A stretch of 25,769 nucleotides of DNA, from the NCBI GenBank assembly GCA_043719155.1, contig JAYSUJ010000031.1:1-25769 (forward strand), given 5' to 3'. The notes below the pieces were generated by a model, which was not told the DNA's origin, searched no databases, and saw only the letters and a program-made list of their open reading frames with translations. Both the position numbers and the translations under genes were made by a program. Shown piece after piece: positions 17,379-25,207 of this stretch (the first letter of the stretch is position 1; each line of letters starts with the position of its first letter). The DNA comes from a bacterium (lineage in GTDB: Bacteria > Patescibacteriota > Minisyncoccia > Phycocordibacterales > UBA5272).

Positions 17379-17741
17379 ATGAAATTTGAACAATTTTTGA
17401 AAGATATAGAAGGGGCAACAGTGCTAGAGTTGAATGAATTAGTAAAGGCAATTGAGGAAAAGTTTGGTGTTTCAGCGCAAGCTGTAGCAGCAGCTCCAGC
17501 AGCTGGTGGTGCGGTAGAGGCAGAAGCTAAATCTTCTTACAGTGTCATCTTGGCAGATGCAGGCGCACAAAAAATCGCCGTGATGAAAGTGGTAAAAGAA
17601 GCTCTTGCTCTTGGTCTTAAAGAGGCTAAGGACTTGGTAGACGCTGCTCCAAAAGAAATAAAAGCTAATGTTCCAAAAGCAGAAGCTGATAAACTTAAAG
17701 CAGATCTTGAGGCTGCAGGTGCGAAAGTTGAGTTGAAATAA
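17379..17741 (+). CDS. rplL: 50S ribosomal protein L7/L12
   Basis: 120 aa, Ala-rich hinge, conserved C-terminal domain sequence. Confidence 0.92.
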   Translation: MKFEQFLKDIEGATVLELNELVKAIEEKFGVSAQAVAAAPAAGGAVEAEAKSSYSVILADAGAQKIAVMKVVKEALALGLKEAKDLVDAAPKEIKANVPKAEADKLKADLEAAGAKVELK

Positions 17742-17759
17742 ATTTAACTTTTTGAAAAT

Positions 17760-17800
17760 AAAAAACAGGCATAATAAAATTTGCCTGTTTTTTGCTTTTT
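17760..17800 (+). terminator. intrinsic terminator after rplL
   Basis: AAAAAACAGGCA...TGCCTGTTTTTT with long T run. Confidence 0.7.
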
Positions 17801-17845
17801 TTTATGGTAGAATATCATTCCTCTAAACCAAAAGGAGTCAGCTCA

Positions 17846-18238
17846 ATGAAAGTCTTAAAGTTTTTTGGAAAAGTACTTCTCAGTGCTTTTGCTGTACTGG
17901 TTGTTTTACTCTCGGTTCTCATCTACACAGCACCAGAGCCCAAACCAGAAAATTTGGATGTACCGCAGTCCTGCCAAAAAAATAAGATCGTTATGATCTC
18001 ATCCACATGGTGCCACTGGTGCAAAACAGCCAAGCTTTCCTTTCAAGCAAGTGGCATTGAATTTGAAGAAATTCTACATAACAAAATGCTTGCTAATGAC
18101 GCCGATGCTTTGGATAGCAAGTATTCAAAGAAAGGTTTTCTGGGCTACCCATTCTTTGTCTTGACGGATAAGAACGGTAAAGAAAGTTATGTTCCCGGTT
18201 GGCAAAAGGAAAGACTGGTCCAGGAATACTGCAAGTAG
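17846..18238 (+). CDS. membrane-anchored thioredoxin-fold protein with CHWC active-site motif
   Basis: ATG at 17846 with AAAGGAG RBS (the 17792 start overlaps the terminator); N-terminal TM; WCHWC; paralog of 18383-18805. Confidence 0.65.
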   Translation: MKVLKFFGKVLLSAFAVLVVLLSVLIYTAPEPKPENLDVPQSCQKNKIVMISSTWCHWCKTAKLSFQASGIEFEEILHNKMLANDADALDSKYSKKGFLGYPFFVLTDKNGKESYVPGWQKERLVQEYCK

Positions 18239-18261
18239 TATTCAGGAAATAGTTTTTTTAC

Positions 18262-18298
18262 GAAGAGTCCTCAGACTGAGGACTCTTTTATTTTTTAT
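18262..18298 (+). terminator. intrinsic terminator
   Basis: GAGTCCTCAG...CTGAGGACTC stem then TTTTATTTTTT. Confidence 0.7.
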
Positions 18299-18299
18299 G

Positions 18300-18327
18300 T
18301 TGATTTATTCTGAAATCATGGTATAAT
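18300..18327 (+). promoter_or_regulatory. sigma70-like promoter TTGATT-16nt-TATAAT
   Basis: seen directly, ~55 nt upstream of the 18383 CDS. Confidence 0.55.
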
Positions 18328-18382
18328 TTTTTTCTTAGCAAAAGCTAAGTTCCCAGCCATACATGTCCTGAAAGGACAAAAC

Positions 18383-18805
18383 ATGAGTAAGGTGAAAGAA
18401 TTGTGGAGAAGTGACTTGGGTACATTTTTTCTAGCTTGTTGTCTCGGTGTGGGGATTATACTGTTTTCCCACCTCGGCAACAAGTTGAGAGAGCTGGAGG
18501 CAAAATCTGCCCTTCAAGTTGCTTTGACCGACAACTGCAAGAAAAATCACATCATCATGGTTTCGGCCAGCTGGTGTCATTATTGTCGTACGGCGACAAG
18601 AGAGCTTGGTGAGTTGGGGGTTAAGTTTCTCGAAAATCAAATCGACAGACTTCCGCTTGAAGAGCAAAAAGAAATTGCTCGTCAACTCCAACCTTACGGT
18701 TTCGTTGGTTACCCGTTCTTTATAGTTCGAAACCACGAAACTAACCAGTTCTCCTACGTCAGCGGCTGGCAAAAAGCTCAAGTTGTGCAGCAATACTGCA
18801 ACTGA
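18383..18805 (+). CDS. membrane-anchored thioredoxin-fold protein with CHYC motif (GC-richer paralog of 17846-18238)
   Basis: shared SxSWCH.C, GYPFF, GWQK and C-terminal YC with upstream paralog; visibly higher GC. Confidence 0.7.
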   Translation: MSKVKELWRSDLGTFFLACCLGVGIILFSHLGNKLRELEAKSALQVALTDNCKKNHIIMVSASWCHYCRTATRELGELGVKFLENQIDRLPLEEQKEIARQLQPYGFVGYPFFIVRNHETNQFSYVSGWQKAQVVQQYCN

Positions 18806-18831
18806 GCTTTTACTCAATACTTCTGCCATTT

Positions 18832-18860
18832 GGGCTCTTCGCAAGAAGAGCCCTTTTTAA
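18832..18860 (+). terminator. intrinsic terminator (GGGCTCTTC-GCAA-GAAGAGCCC + TTTTT)
   Basis: GNRA-looped 9-bp stem with T run. Confidence 0.75.
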
Positions 18861-18888
18861 TTTTTAATTCTTAGTTATACTGTAAATA

Positions 18889-21030
18889 GTGAAAAAAATA
18901 ATTTTAATCTCCCTTGGGCTTTTCCTGTCAACAAACTCCGCATTTACACAGAGTATAAATAATTTAACTAGTAATTTAGTTTGTCCAGAACTTAAATATT
19001 TCCAAAAACTAGGAAGTAACGACAAGAGAAATAATGGAGAAACAAGTAAATTGCAAAGTTTTTTAAAACAAAACCTGTCTTTATCAAATCAGCAATTTTT
19101 GGTATCGGGACATTTTGGTAGAGTAACTCAGAATTTTGTAAAACAATTTCAAGAAAACAACAATTTAATTATTTCAGGACAAGTAGGTCAGATAACGAGA
19201 AATAAAATTCTAGGCTCATGTTCTAGTTCAGTGGATGATACAATCACAAATTACGAAATGAAAACTTCTTTTTTGGAAGGGACACAAAGTGTGATGCTTA
19301 ATGTAAGCTTTTTGAATTCTGTACAACAGTCAGTGATGCTAAATTCCTATCAAGTTTCGCAATATAAAGTAAAATGGGGAGATGGTACAGAAGATATATT
19401 GGAGTGTAATGGTTTAGCTTTTCCAAATTCAACAAGTGAAATTCAACGGCAATGTGGTGGTGGCTTGTCAACAAAGAAATATTCTCAGCCAGGAAATTTT
19501 ACAATTTCTTTAACCGGACAAAATGGTAATATTCTAAAATCTATCTCGTATGAGTATAAATCAGCGATATCTTCTTGTACTTTTAACGGACAAAGTTATA
19601 CAAATAATCAAAGTCTTGTAACGTATTTAACTTCTTCCGTTCCTCTTGGTTCAACTTGTCAATCACAGACACGTACTTGTACCAATGGAACTTTGTCTGG
19701 AAGCTACACAAATGCTTCTTGTTCTGTAACTGTTGCTCAATCTTGTTCTGCGGGTGGTGTAACAATTGCTAATTTAATTACAAGACTATTTTATCTGTCC
19801 TCAACTGTTCCTTATGGTTCAATTTGCCAAAGTGAAAATAGGACTTGTAACAATGGGGTATTGAGTGGAGGTTCTAATTTTTCATTTTCAAGCTGTCAGC
19901 AAACTTCTGATCAGCAGATGATTGTAAACCTTACACCTTTTGCTTTGACGACTCCTACGAATAACCAAACAGTAACAAGCAGAGTAATAAGTTTTTCAGG
20001 TACTTGTGACTCAAGTAAGGGATATGTATTTTTAATTGTGGGTGCTGAAAGTAAAAACACTTTATGTAATGCAAATAATACTTTCTCAGATACTTTAAAC
20101 TATGTTGGAAATTTTGGACAGGTAAATGCTGGGACTGGCTATTTGTCAGAAGGTGGCGCTTTTAAGCAAACAATGGTGCTCAACTTAAGCTTCCCTTACC
20201 AACCTTTAACCACAAATAGAAACGATAAAAAAACGTCTATAAATTTTAACAATGTGTATTCGCCGGATGTGATTTTAAAAGACGGTTGGAGATATGTTTA
20301 CTTTGGTGGGTGGGTAGAGAATGGTCAAACTCATGACAATATTTATAGAATGAAGTGTGGGAATCTGGGTGACGGGTGTACTGACTTGGTAAAAGTTTTA
20401 GACGGAATGGCACATGGTTTTGACCATATAAATGACCCGTCTATTATTCGAAAAACTGACGGAACTTATATTATGTATTTAACTGGTCTGGTCAATGGCT
20501 TAAATGCTTTCACACCTTCGAATAATAAAATATATTATTCTACATCCAGTGACGGGGTTACTTGGACAGCACCTATACTTGTAATTTCTAATGCTTGGCT
20601 ACCCAGTGCGACTATTGGTGTGACTGGTCAAGTAGAAGTTTTCGGGAATGAGACTTTGGTTATGGGAAATGTAGCTAGATTTAAACTTGGGGCAAACGGT
20701 ACGACGGCTACTAACAACTATGAAGCGCTTGTTTTTTCAAATGGAGAATTTTATAGTAATTCAAGTATAAAATATAGATCGAGTATTGGTATCTACCAAA
20801 TGTTTGGAGAAAGAAGTGGTGCTACAGCCATCGACTATCTGTCATCAACAGACGGGATACATTTTACCCTTGTTACAAAAGATGTGGTCACATCTGCTTC
20901 AGCAGGCATGTTGCATGTTCGCACACCTGGGCAAGACTCAGACACTGGAAATTGGCTTTACTATGGCGCAACAAATAATCCAAATGCAACTGAAAACAAA
21001 ATCTTGTTCCAAACTTGGACAGCACAGTAG
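18889..21030 (+). CDS. large secreted protein: signal peptide, peptidoglycan-binding-like domain, PKD-like (WGDGT) domain, two ~50-aa Cys-repeats, C-terminal 5-bladed beta-propeller glycosidase-like domain (GH43/GH32-like) with BNR-like SxDGxTW
   Basis: GTG start giving MKKIILISLGLF signal; GHFGRVTQNFVKQFQ...GQVGQITRNKI PG-binding-like; VKWGDGTE; repeated C...TCQSxxRTCxNGxLSG; DPSIIRKTDGTYIMYLTG and STSSDGVTWT. Confidence 0.65.
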   Translation: MKKIILISLGLFLSTNSAFTQSINNLTSNLVCPELKYFQKLGSNDKRNNGETSKLQSFLKQNLSLSNQQFLVSGHFGRVTQNFVKQFQENNNLIISGQVGQITRNKILGSCSSSVDDTITNYEMKTSFLEGTQSVMLNVSFLNSVQQSVMLNSYQVSQYKVKWGDGTEDILECNGLAFPNSTSEIQRQCGGGLSTKKYSQPGNFTISLTGQNGNILKSISYEYKSAISSCTFNGQSYTNNQSLVTYLTSSVPLGSTCQSQTRTCTNGTLSGSYTNASCSVTVAQSCSAGGVTIANLITRLFYLSSTVPYGSICQSENRTCNNGVLSGGSNFSFSSCQQTSDQQMIVNLTPFALTTPTNNQTVTSRVISFSGTCDSSKGYVFLIVGAESKNTLCNANNTFSDTLNYVGNFGQVNAGTGYLSEGGAFKQTMVLNLSFPYQPLTTNRNDKKTSINFNNVYSPDVILKDGWRYVYFGGWVENGQTHDNIYRMKCGNLGDGCTDLVKVLDGMAHGFDHINDPSIIRKTDGTYIMYLTGLVNGLNAFTPSNNKIYYSTSSDGVTWTAPILVISNAWLPSATIGVTGQVEVFGNETLVMGNVARFKLGANGTTATNNYEALVFSNGEFYSNSSIKYRSSIGIYQMFGERSGATAIDYLSSTDGIHFTLVTKDVVTSASAGMLHVRTPGQDSDTGNWLYYGATNNPNATENKILFQTWTAQ

Positions 21031-21115
21031 GGTAAGACTTGTCAAAGTTGTACTTTTCTAAAAAGTTGTTTAAACTAAACTCAATTAATAGAGTAAGTAT
21101 TAAAAAAGAGTAAAT

Positions 21116-21790
21116 ATGCTAAAAGAGTTAGGAAAAATATTTGGAAGTGAGAATAGGGTAAAATTACTGAGGTATTTTCTGGCGCATCCCAATGAGCAGA
21201 TAGTAATTGCTGACTTGGATAAAAAATTAAAAATAAAAAATTCAGAGCTTAAAAAAGAAATTAAAAATTTAGTAGCTATAAACTTTGTAAGTGAAATAAC
21301 TTTGGTGTCAGAAGTGGAAGAAAAAGTAAAACAAAAAAAAGTTAAAAAAACTAAGAAAAATATTTTACAACTTTCTGGTCCGAAAACTAGGTTAAAAATA
21401 GTAAATGAAGCGGGGCTAGAAATAAATAAAAATTATGTTTTCGCTGACTCACTAGCAAAACTCCTTTTGGATTTTAGACACATCGACAGGTTGGAGATGT
21501 TGGATAGCTTTAAAAAATTTGGAAAGATTAAATTGCTATGTTTGGGTGGGGTTTTCTTGCAAGATGAAGAGGGGGCCTTGGACTTACTTATTGCAGGAGA
21601 CGCGTTAGACAAGGACAAAATAGATGGCTTCATTAAAAATTTAGAAGCTGACTTTGGGACAGAGCTTCGATATGCTGTTTTTGAATCTGAGGAATTTAGA
21701 TACAGGGTAAACATGTTTGACAGATTGTTGAAAGATTTTTGGAAACGGCCGCATGAGAAAATCTTGGAAAAAATAGAGACAAGGCCATAA
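21116..21790 (+). CDS. hypothetical protein, possible winged-helix N-terminus
   Basis: 224 aa; N-terminal RVKLLRYF...IADLDKKL region is HTH-like; no firm family assignment. Confidence 0.45.
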   Translation: MLKELGKIFGSENRVKLLRYFLAHPNEQIVIADLDKKLKIKNSELKKEIKNLVAINFVSEITLVSEVEEKVKQKKVKKTKKNILQLSGPKTRLKIVNEAGLEINKNYVFADSLAKLLLDFRHIDRLEMLDSFKKFGKIKLLCLGGVFLQDEEGALDLLIAGDALDKDKIDGFIKNLEADFGTELRYAVFESEEFRYRVNMFDRLLKDFWKRPHEKILEKIETRP

Positions 21791-21903
21791 TTTTTTTTTA
21801 AAATAGATATCCACAAAAATAACACACAAGGTGTTTGTTTTTGTTTTTTCCACTATATACTATTCTTACATTAGTAATTTAAATATTAATTAAATAATAA
21901 AAT

Positions 21904-22698
21904 ATGAACTATATAGAACTTGTAGGAGGAGCACTAATTAAGGCTTCTCAAATAATCTTCAAGGATATAATTGTCTTTGTTCCAAAGTTTTTCTTGGCGT
22001 TTGTTGTGTTTGTTGCCTTGATGTGGATATCAAAAGTTGTCTCAAAGCTTATTGGGGACTTGTTGAGATTGGCTAGAATCGATGCTTTGCTTGCTAGAAT
22101 CGGCATAACTCAAGCCTTCCATGAAGTTGGCTTTCAGGTATCTATTGCTTATGGAGTGCAGGTATTTATAAAATGGACACTTGCTTTGATGGCATTTGTT
22201 ACAGCCTTTAAAATAATTGGTTTAGACGAAGTTGTGTACTTTTTAGAATTTGGTCTGTTTAATATCCTGCCGGACATTTTAAAATTGTCTATAATGTTTT
22301 TCCTAACAGTGGTTATTGCAAATAAAGTGAAAGACGTTGTATCTCATACTTCATATGTTGCAAAGAATCACTCGCCTTTTTTGGCAAATTTATCTTGGTT
22401 TACGGTTGTGCTTTTTGGGGTTATTGCAACTTTACAAGAGATGGACATCCTCAGATTTGTTACCGACTCAGCTTCTGGCATAATTCAGGCTCTTGGTTTG
22501 GGGCTTGCTCTGGCTCTTGGTTTGGCTTTTGGGCTTGGATGTAAAGAGGAGGCAAGATGTTTGCTGCGTTCCTGGATGGGGAAGGAGTGCTATGACCTCG
22601 ACTGTGGTTGTAACACTTTCGGTTGTGGAAAATGTTCTGGTATTTCCGACGACTCACATGAAGACTCTTGTGAATGTGACCATTGCAATCTATCTTAA
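21904..22698 (+). CDS. polytopic membrane protein with C-terminal Cys-rich tail (11 Cys in ~50 aa)
   Basis: several hydrophobic helices, GLGLALALGLAFGLG segment, then CKEEARC...CYDLDCGCNTFGCGKCSG...CECDHC. Confidence 0.55.
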   Translation: MNYIELVGGALIKASQIIFKDIIVFVPKFFLAFVVFVALMWISKVVSKLIGDLLRLARIDALLARIGITQAFHEVGFQVSIAYGVQVFIKWTLALMAFVTAFKIIGLDEVVYFLEFGLFNILPDILKLSIMFFLTVVIANKVKDVVSHTSYVAKNHSPFLANLSWFTVVLFGVIATLQEMDILRFVTDSASGIIQALGLGLALALGLAFGLGCKEEARCLLRSWMGKECYDLDCGCNTFGCGKCSGISDDSHEDSCECDHCNLS

Positions 22699-22730
22699 AA
22701 AAAACTTAAAATTTAATTTTTTTAAAAATA

Positions 22731-22765
22731 AAAACATCTCTAAGATATAGAGGTGTTTTGTTTTA
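22731..22765 (+). terminator. intrinsic terminator after 21904-22698
   Basis: AAAACATCTCTA...TAGAGGTGTTTT (one G·U) plus TTTTGTTTT. Confidence 0.6.
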
Positions 22766-22831
22766 AAAAATTGGTGAGAATATAGAGAAGATAAGTGAGA
22801 GTAAGTAAAAATAAGAAAAGAAAATAAAAAA

Positions 22832-22857
22832 GAAGCGACACGCTTGCGTGTCGCTTC
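22832..22857 (-). terminator. GC-rich hairpin GAAGCGACAC-gcttgc-GTGTCGCTTC; terminator for the minus-strand flotillin gene
   Basis: 10-bp perfect stem; on the minus strand it is followed by a U tract (A-run 22820-22831 on the + strand). Confidence 0.7.
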
Positions 22858-22895
22858 CACTAGTAAACCAGTTTGACGAAAATTCAGAGAAGAAA

Positions 22896-24254
22896 TTATT
22901 CCTTCTTCCCTGAAAGGATTGAGTTGACTGAGTTCAGGAGTGTTTTACCTTGGTCAGTTTGACCAAGGGCCTCCAGCGCTGCAGCCAGCTGAGTGCCGCC
23001 GTTTGCAGAGAAGAGCTCCATTGCTGAGGTCATGCCTTCAGTGGGGTTGCCACCGTTTGCGATAACTTTAACATCGGCACCTTCGAGTGCTCGAGCCTGA
23101 GCCGTACCTACATTCATCTGGGCTTCGATGCCTTTGATGACTGCCAGATATTGCAGATATGGTCCGTTTTGACCGGACTTCTCCATGAGCTCGATTTGAC
23201 TCTTAACCGGTGCCATAAGTTTTGCGAACTCTGCGGCACCTTCTGCTTCACCTTGAGCTTTTACACCTTCGGCGTGCAGCTTAGCTGCGTTAAGAGCTGC
23301 TTCTGCTTTGATCTCGACTTGCCGGCGTTCTTGCTCGGCCAGAACTAGTGCAGCGGCTTTTGCGTTTTCAGCCAGACCACGTTGAGTCACCAACCCAGCG
23401 GCGATGTCTTTCTCGTTGGTTTGGGCTTGAGACGTAGCAATTGCAGCACGAGCTTCAGCGTCAGCAATGCCAACTTGGCGCTTGCTATCTGCTGTCGCTT
23501 GACCGACTTGCTTTGCTGCTTCCTGAGCACGTGTGTCAACTTCACGCTGAGCTTCGATTTCGCGAGTCTTTGCAGCTTGGCCGTTTTTGGCGACTTCGAT
23601 GCGAGACTCCGATTCGATCTTACTCGACGCTTTTGCCATGATGTTGGCAATGACAGCCGATCCCCTACGGTCACGAATGTCAAGCAACTCCACGTTCTTC
23701 ACGGGAACGATGCCCCATGATGCAAAAGATTCCTTCACTTCTTCTGTGAATTCGTCGGCAATCTTCTTCCTGTCACCCATGATTACGTTGATGTCGTGGC
23801 GAGCCAGAGATGTACGAATACAACCCCGAACCACGTCATGCAACTGCTCCATGAATTTCCTAGGATCCGACTGCATGCGAACAGCAGCTTTGGCGGTGTC
23901 TTGCACTTGAAGAAATGCAATCACATCCACATCGAACGGCAGTCGATTAACGTCGTATCCGTCGTAGTCCTTTAACAGGACAGACAACACTTCAACACTG
24001 ACAGGTTTGCTGACGATGCCGAAGAATGGTACCCATTGGGGCCAATGATAATAGACGTTTCCTTCTGCTTGCTTCGATCCGTAAGAGACGGTTGCACTGC
24101 GTCGTTGAACGACGTGCACCATTTCTGTTGGAACGACTGTTCGAAATAGGACAGCCAGTAGGATCGTTCCGGCTAGGATCGAAACCACTAGGACTGCTAT
24201 ACCTATCGCAACTGTTGCGACAGATAAGTTTAGGTTTGCTAGAGTTTGAAACAT
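22896..24254 (-). CDS. SPFH/band-7 flotillin-like protein (YqiK/FloT-like), GC-rich
   Basis: N-terminal TM, SPFH domain, then long Ala/Glu/Gln-rich flotillin-type coiled-coil repeats; much higher GC than surrounding genes. Confidence 0.8.
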   Translation of the reverse strand: MFQTLANLNLSVATVAIGIAVLVVSILAGTILLAVLFRTVVPTEMVHVVQRRSATVSYGSKQAEGNVYYHWPQWVPFFGIVSKPVSVEVLSVLLKDYDGYDVNRLPFDVDVIAFLQVQDTAKAAVRMQSDPRKFMEQLHDVVRGCIRTSLARHDINVIMGDRKKIADEFTEEVKESFASWGIVPVKNVELLDIRDRRGSAVIANIMAKASSKIESESRIEVAKNGQAAKTREIEAQREVDTRAQEAAKQVGQATADSKRQVGIADAEARAAIATSQAQTNEKDIAAGLVTQRGLAENAKAAALVLAEQERRQVEIKAEAALNAAKLHAEGVKAQGEAEGAAEFAKLMAPVKSQIELMEKSGQNGPYLQYLAVIKGIEAQMNVGTAQARALEGADVKVIANGGNPTEGMTSAMELFSANGGTQLAAALEALGQTDQGKTLLNSVNSILSGKKE

Positions 24255-24494
24255 GTTGTCCCTTTCTGGAACAAAGTATTACATCGGACTCAAGGTCCGA
24301 CGCCGGCATTATACAATATATTTAAATAATCGTAAATATTGACTAAACATAATAAAAGTGTTTTAAGTTAATTACTTTTTCAAATTATTTTTAAATAAAT
24401 TTCTTTTATTTGATTAAATTTGTTTAAAAAAGTATCACATTTTTATGGTTTTTTATTTTCTTGTGAGGGAATAGTGGAATGGATGTGGGTTTGC

Positions 24495-24523
24495 TTGACT
24501 TTAGCTTAAACTTCGACTATAAT
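24495..24523 (+). promoter_or_regulatory. consensus sigma70 promoter TTGACT-17nt-TATAAT, likely rRNA promoter
   Basis: TTGACT(24495-24500), 17-nt spacer, TATAAT(24518-24523); ~680 nt upstream of the 23S start with no intervening CDS. Confidence 0.6.
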
Positions 24524-24819
24524 TGCACTTATCGTTTTTCAGTAATTCAAAAAGCTGATGACGTTGAAAATTGACAATTAAATTCTACCCGCCCCAAACA
24601 TTTTAGATGCAAAGTTTAAATTTATTTCTAGCAAATTTATTTGTTAGATAATCAGGTTTAAATAATAATGATGTTGGAATGTGTTAGTCAACGCAAACGC
24701 GAGGTAGAGAAAAACGGATCTGTAGGAATACAGGTTCGAACATAAAAATAATTAGGTAATTATTTTTGTGTAAAGCAAATTGTATGTAGACAGCGGTGTC
24801 GACCAATGCATTTGCAAAA

Positions 24820-25105
24820 TCCAGCACTACATTTTGTTTTTAATAATTGTGTTTTAAGAAATACACACTATGGAGGTCGCAAGACCAGAAGCCTTCGGCT
24901 GAGACTCGAACTGAGATGTAAGTTCTCAAGTGTGTACGAGGTGGAAGTGAGCCTTCCTAGAATTATAGGCCGGACGGTTCTAGTGAAAACGTCCTCCCAC
25001 CGAGATGGGAGGTTTGTGAGAGATTACTAGAATTTCAACTTGCCGCCCATTTCTTAGAACAGAATTTAAATTAAAAATAATTTGAAAATAAAATGTAGTG
25101 CTGGA
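24820..25105 (+). ncRNA. structured GC-richer RNA element bounded by perfect 16-bp inverted repeats in the 23S leader
   Basis: TCCAGCACTACATTTT(24820-24835) / AAAATGTAGTGCTGGA(25090-25105); interior contains GGTC-GCAA-GACC, AGCC-TTC-GGCT and CCTCCC-accgagat-GGGAGG hairpins. Confidence 0.4.
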
Positions 25106-25207
25106 AAATTCAATAAAATATATAATTTTTTAGTTAATGAGAAAAGATTAGCAATAATATTTTCGGGGTTAATTAAAACAAAATATAGCTTTACACTTCC
25201 TGATAGG

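Noticed and set aside
17792-17845. Upstream start (MLFFMVEY...) for the first thioredoxin-like gene
   Set aside because: It overlaps the rplL terminator T-tract. The ATG at 17846 has an AAAGGAG RBS and begins with a typical Lys-rich or hydrophobic signal.
24725-24745. GGTTCGAAC (T-loop-like) suggesting a tRNA
   Set aside because: No acceptor, D or anticodon stems can be drawn around it, so there is no cloverleaf.
24806-25030. ORF 24806-25030 and ORFs at 25066-25766 on both strands
   Set aside because: They lie inside the structured rRNA leader and the 23S rRNA itself. These are spurious reading frames in rRNA.
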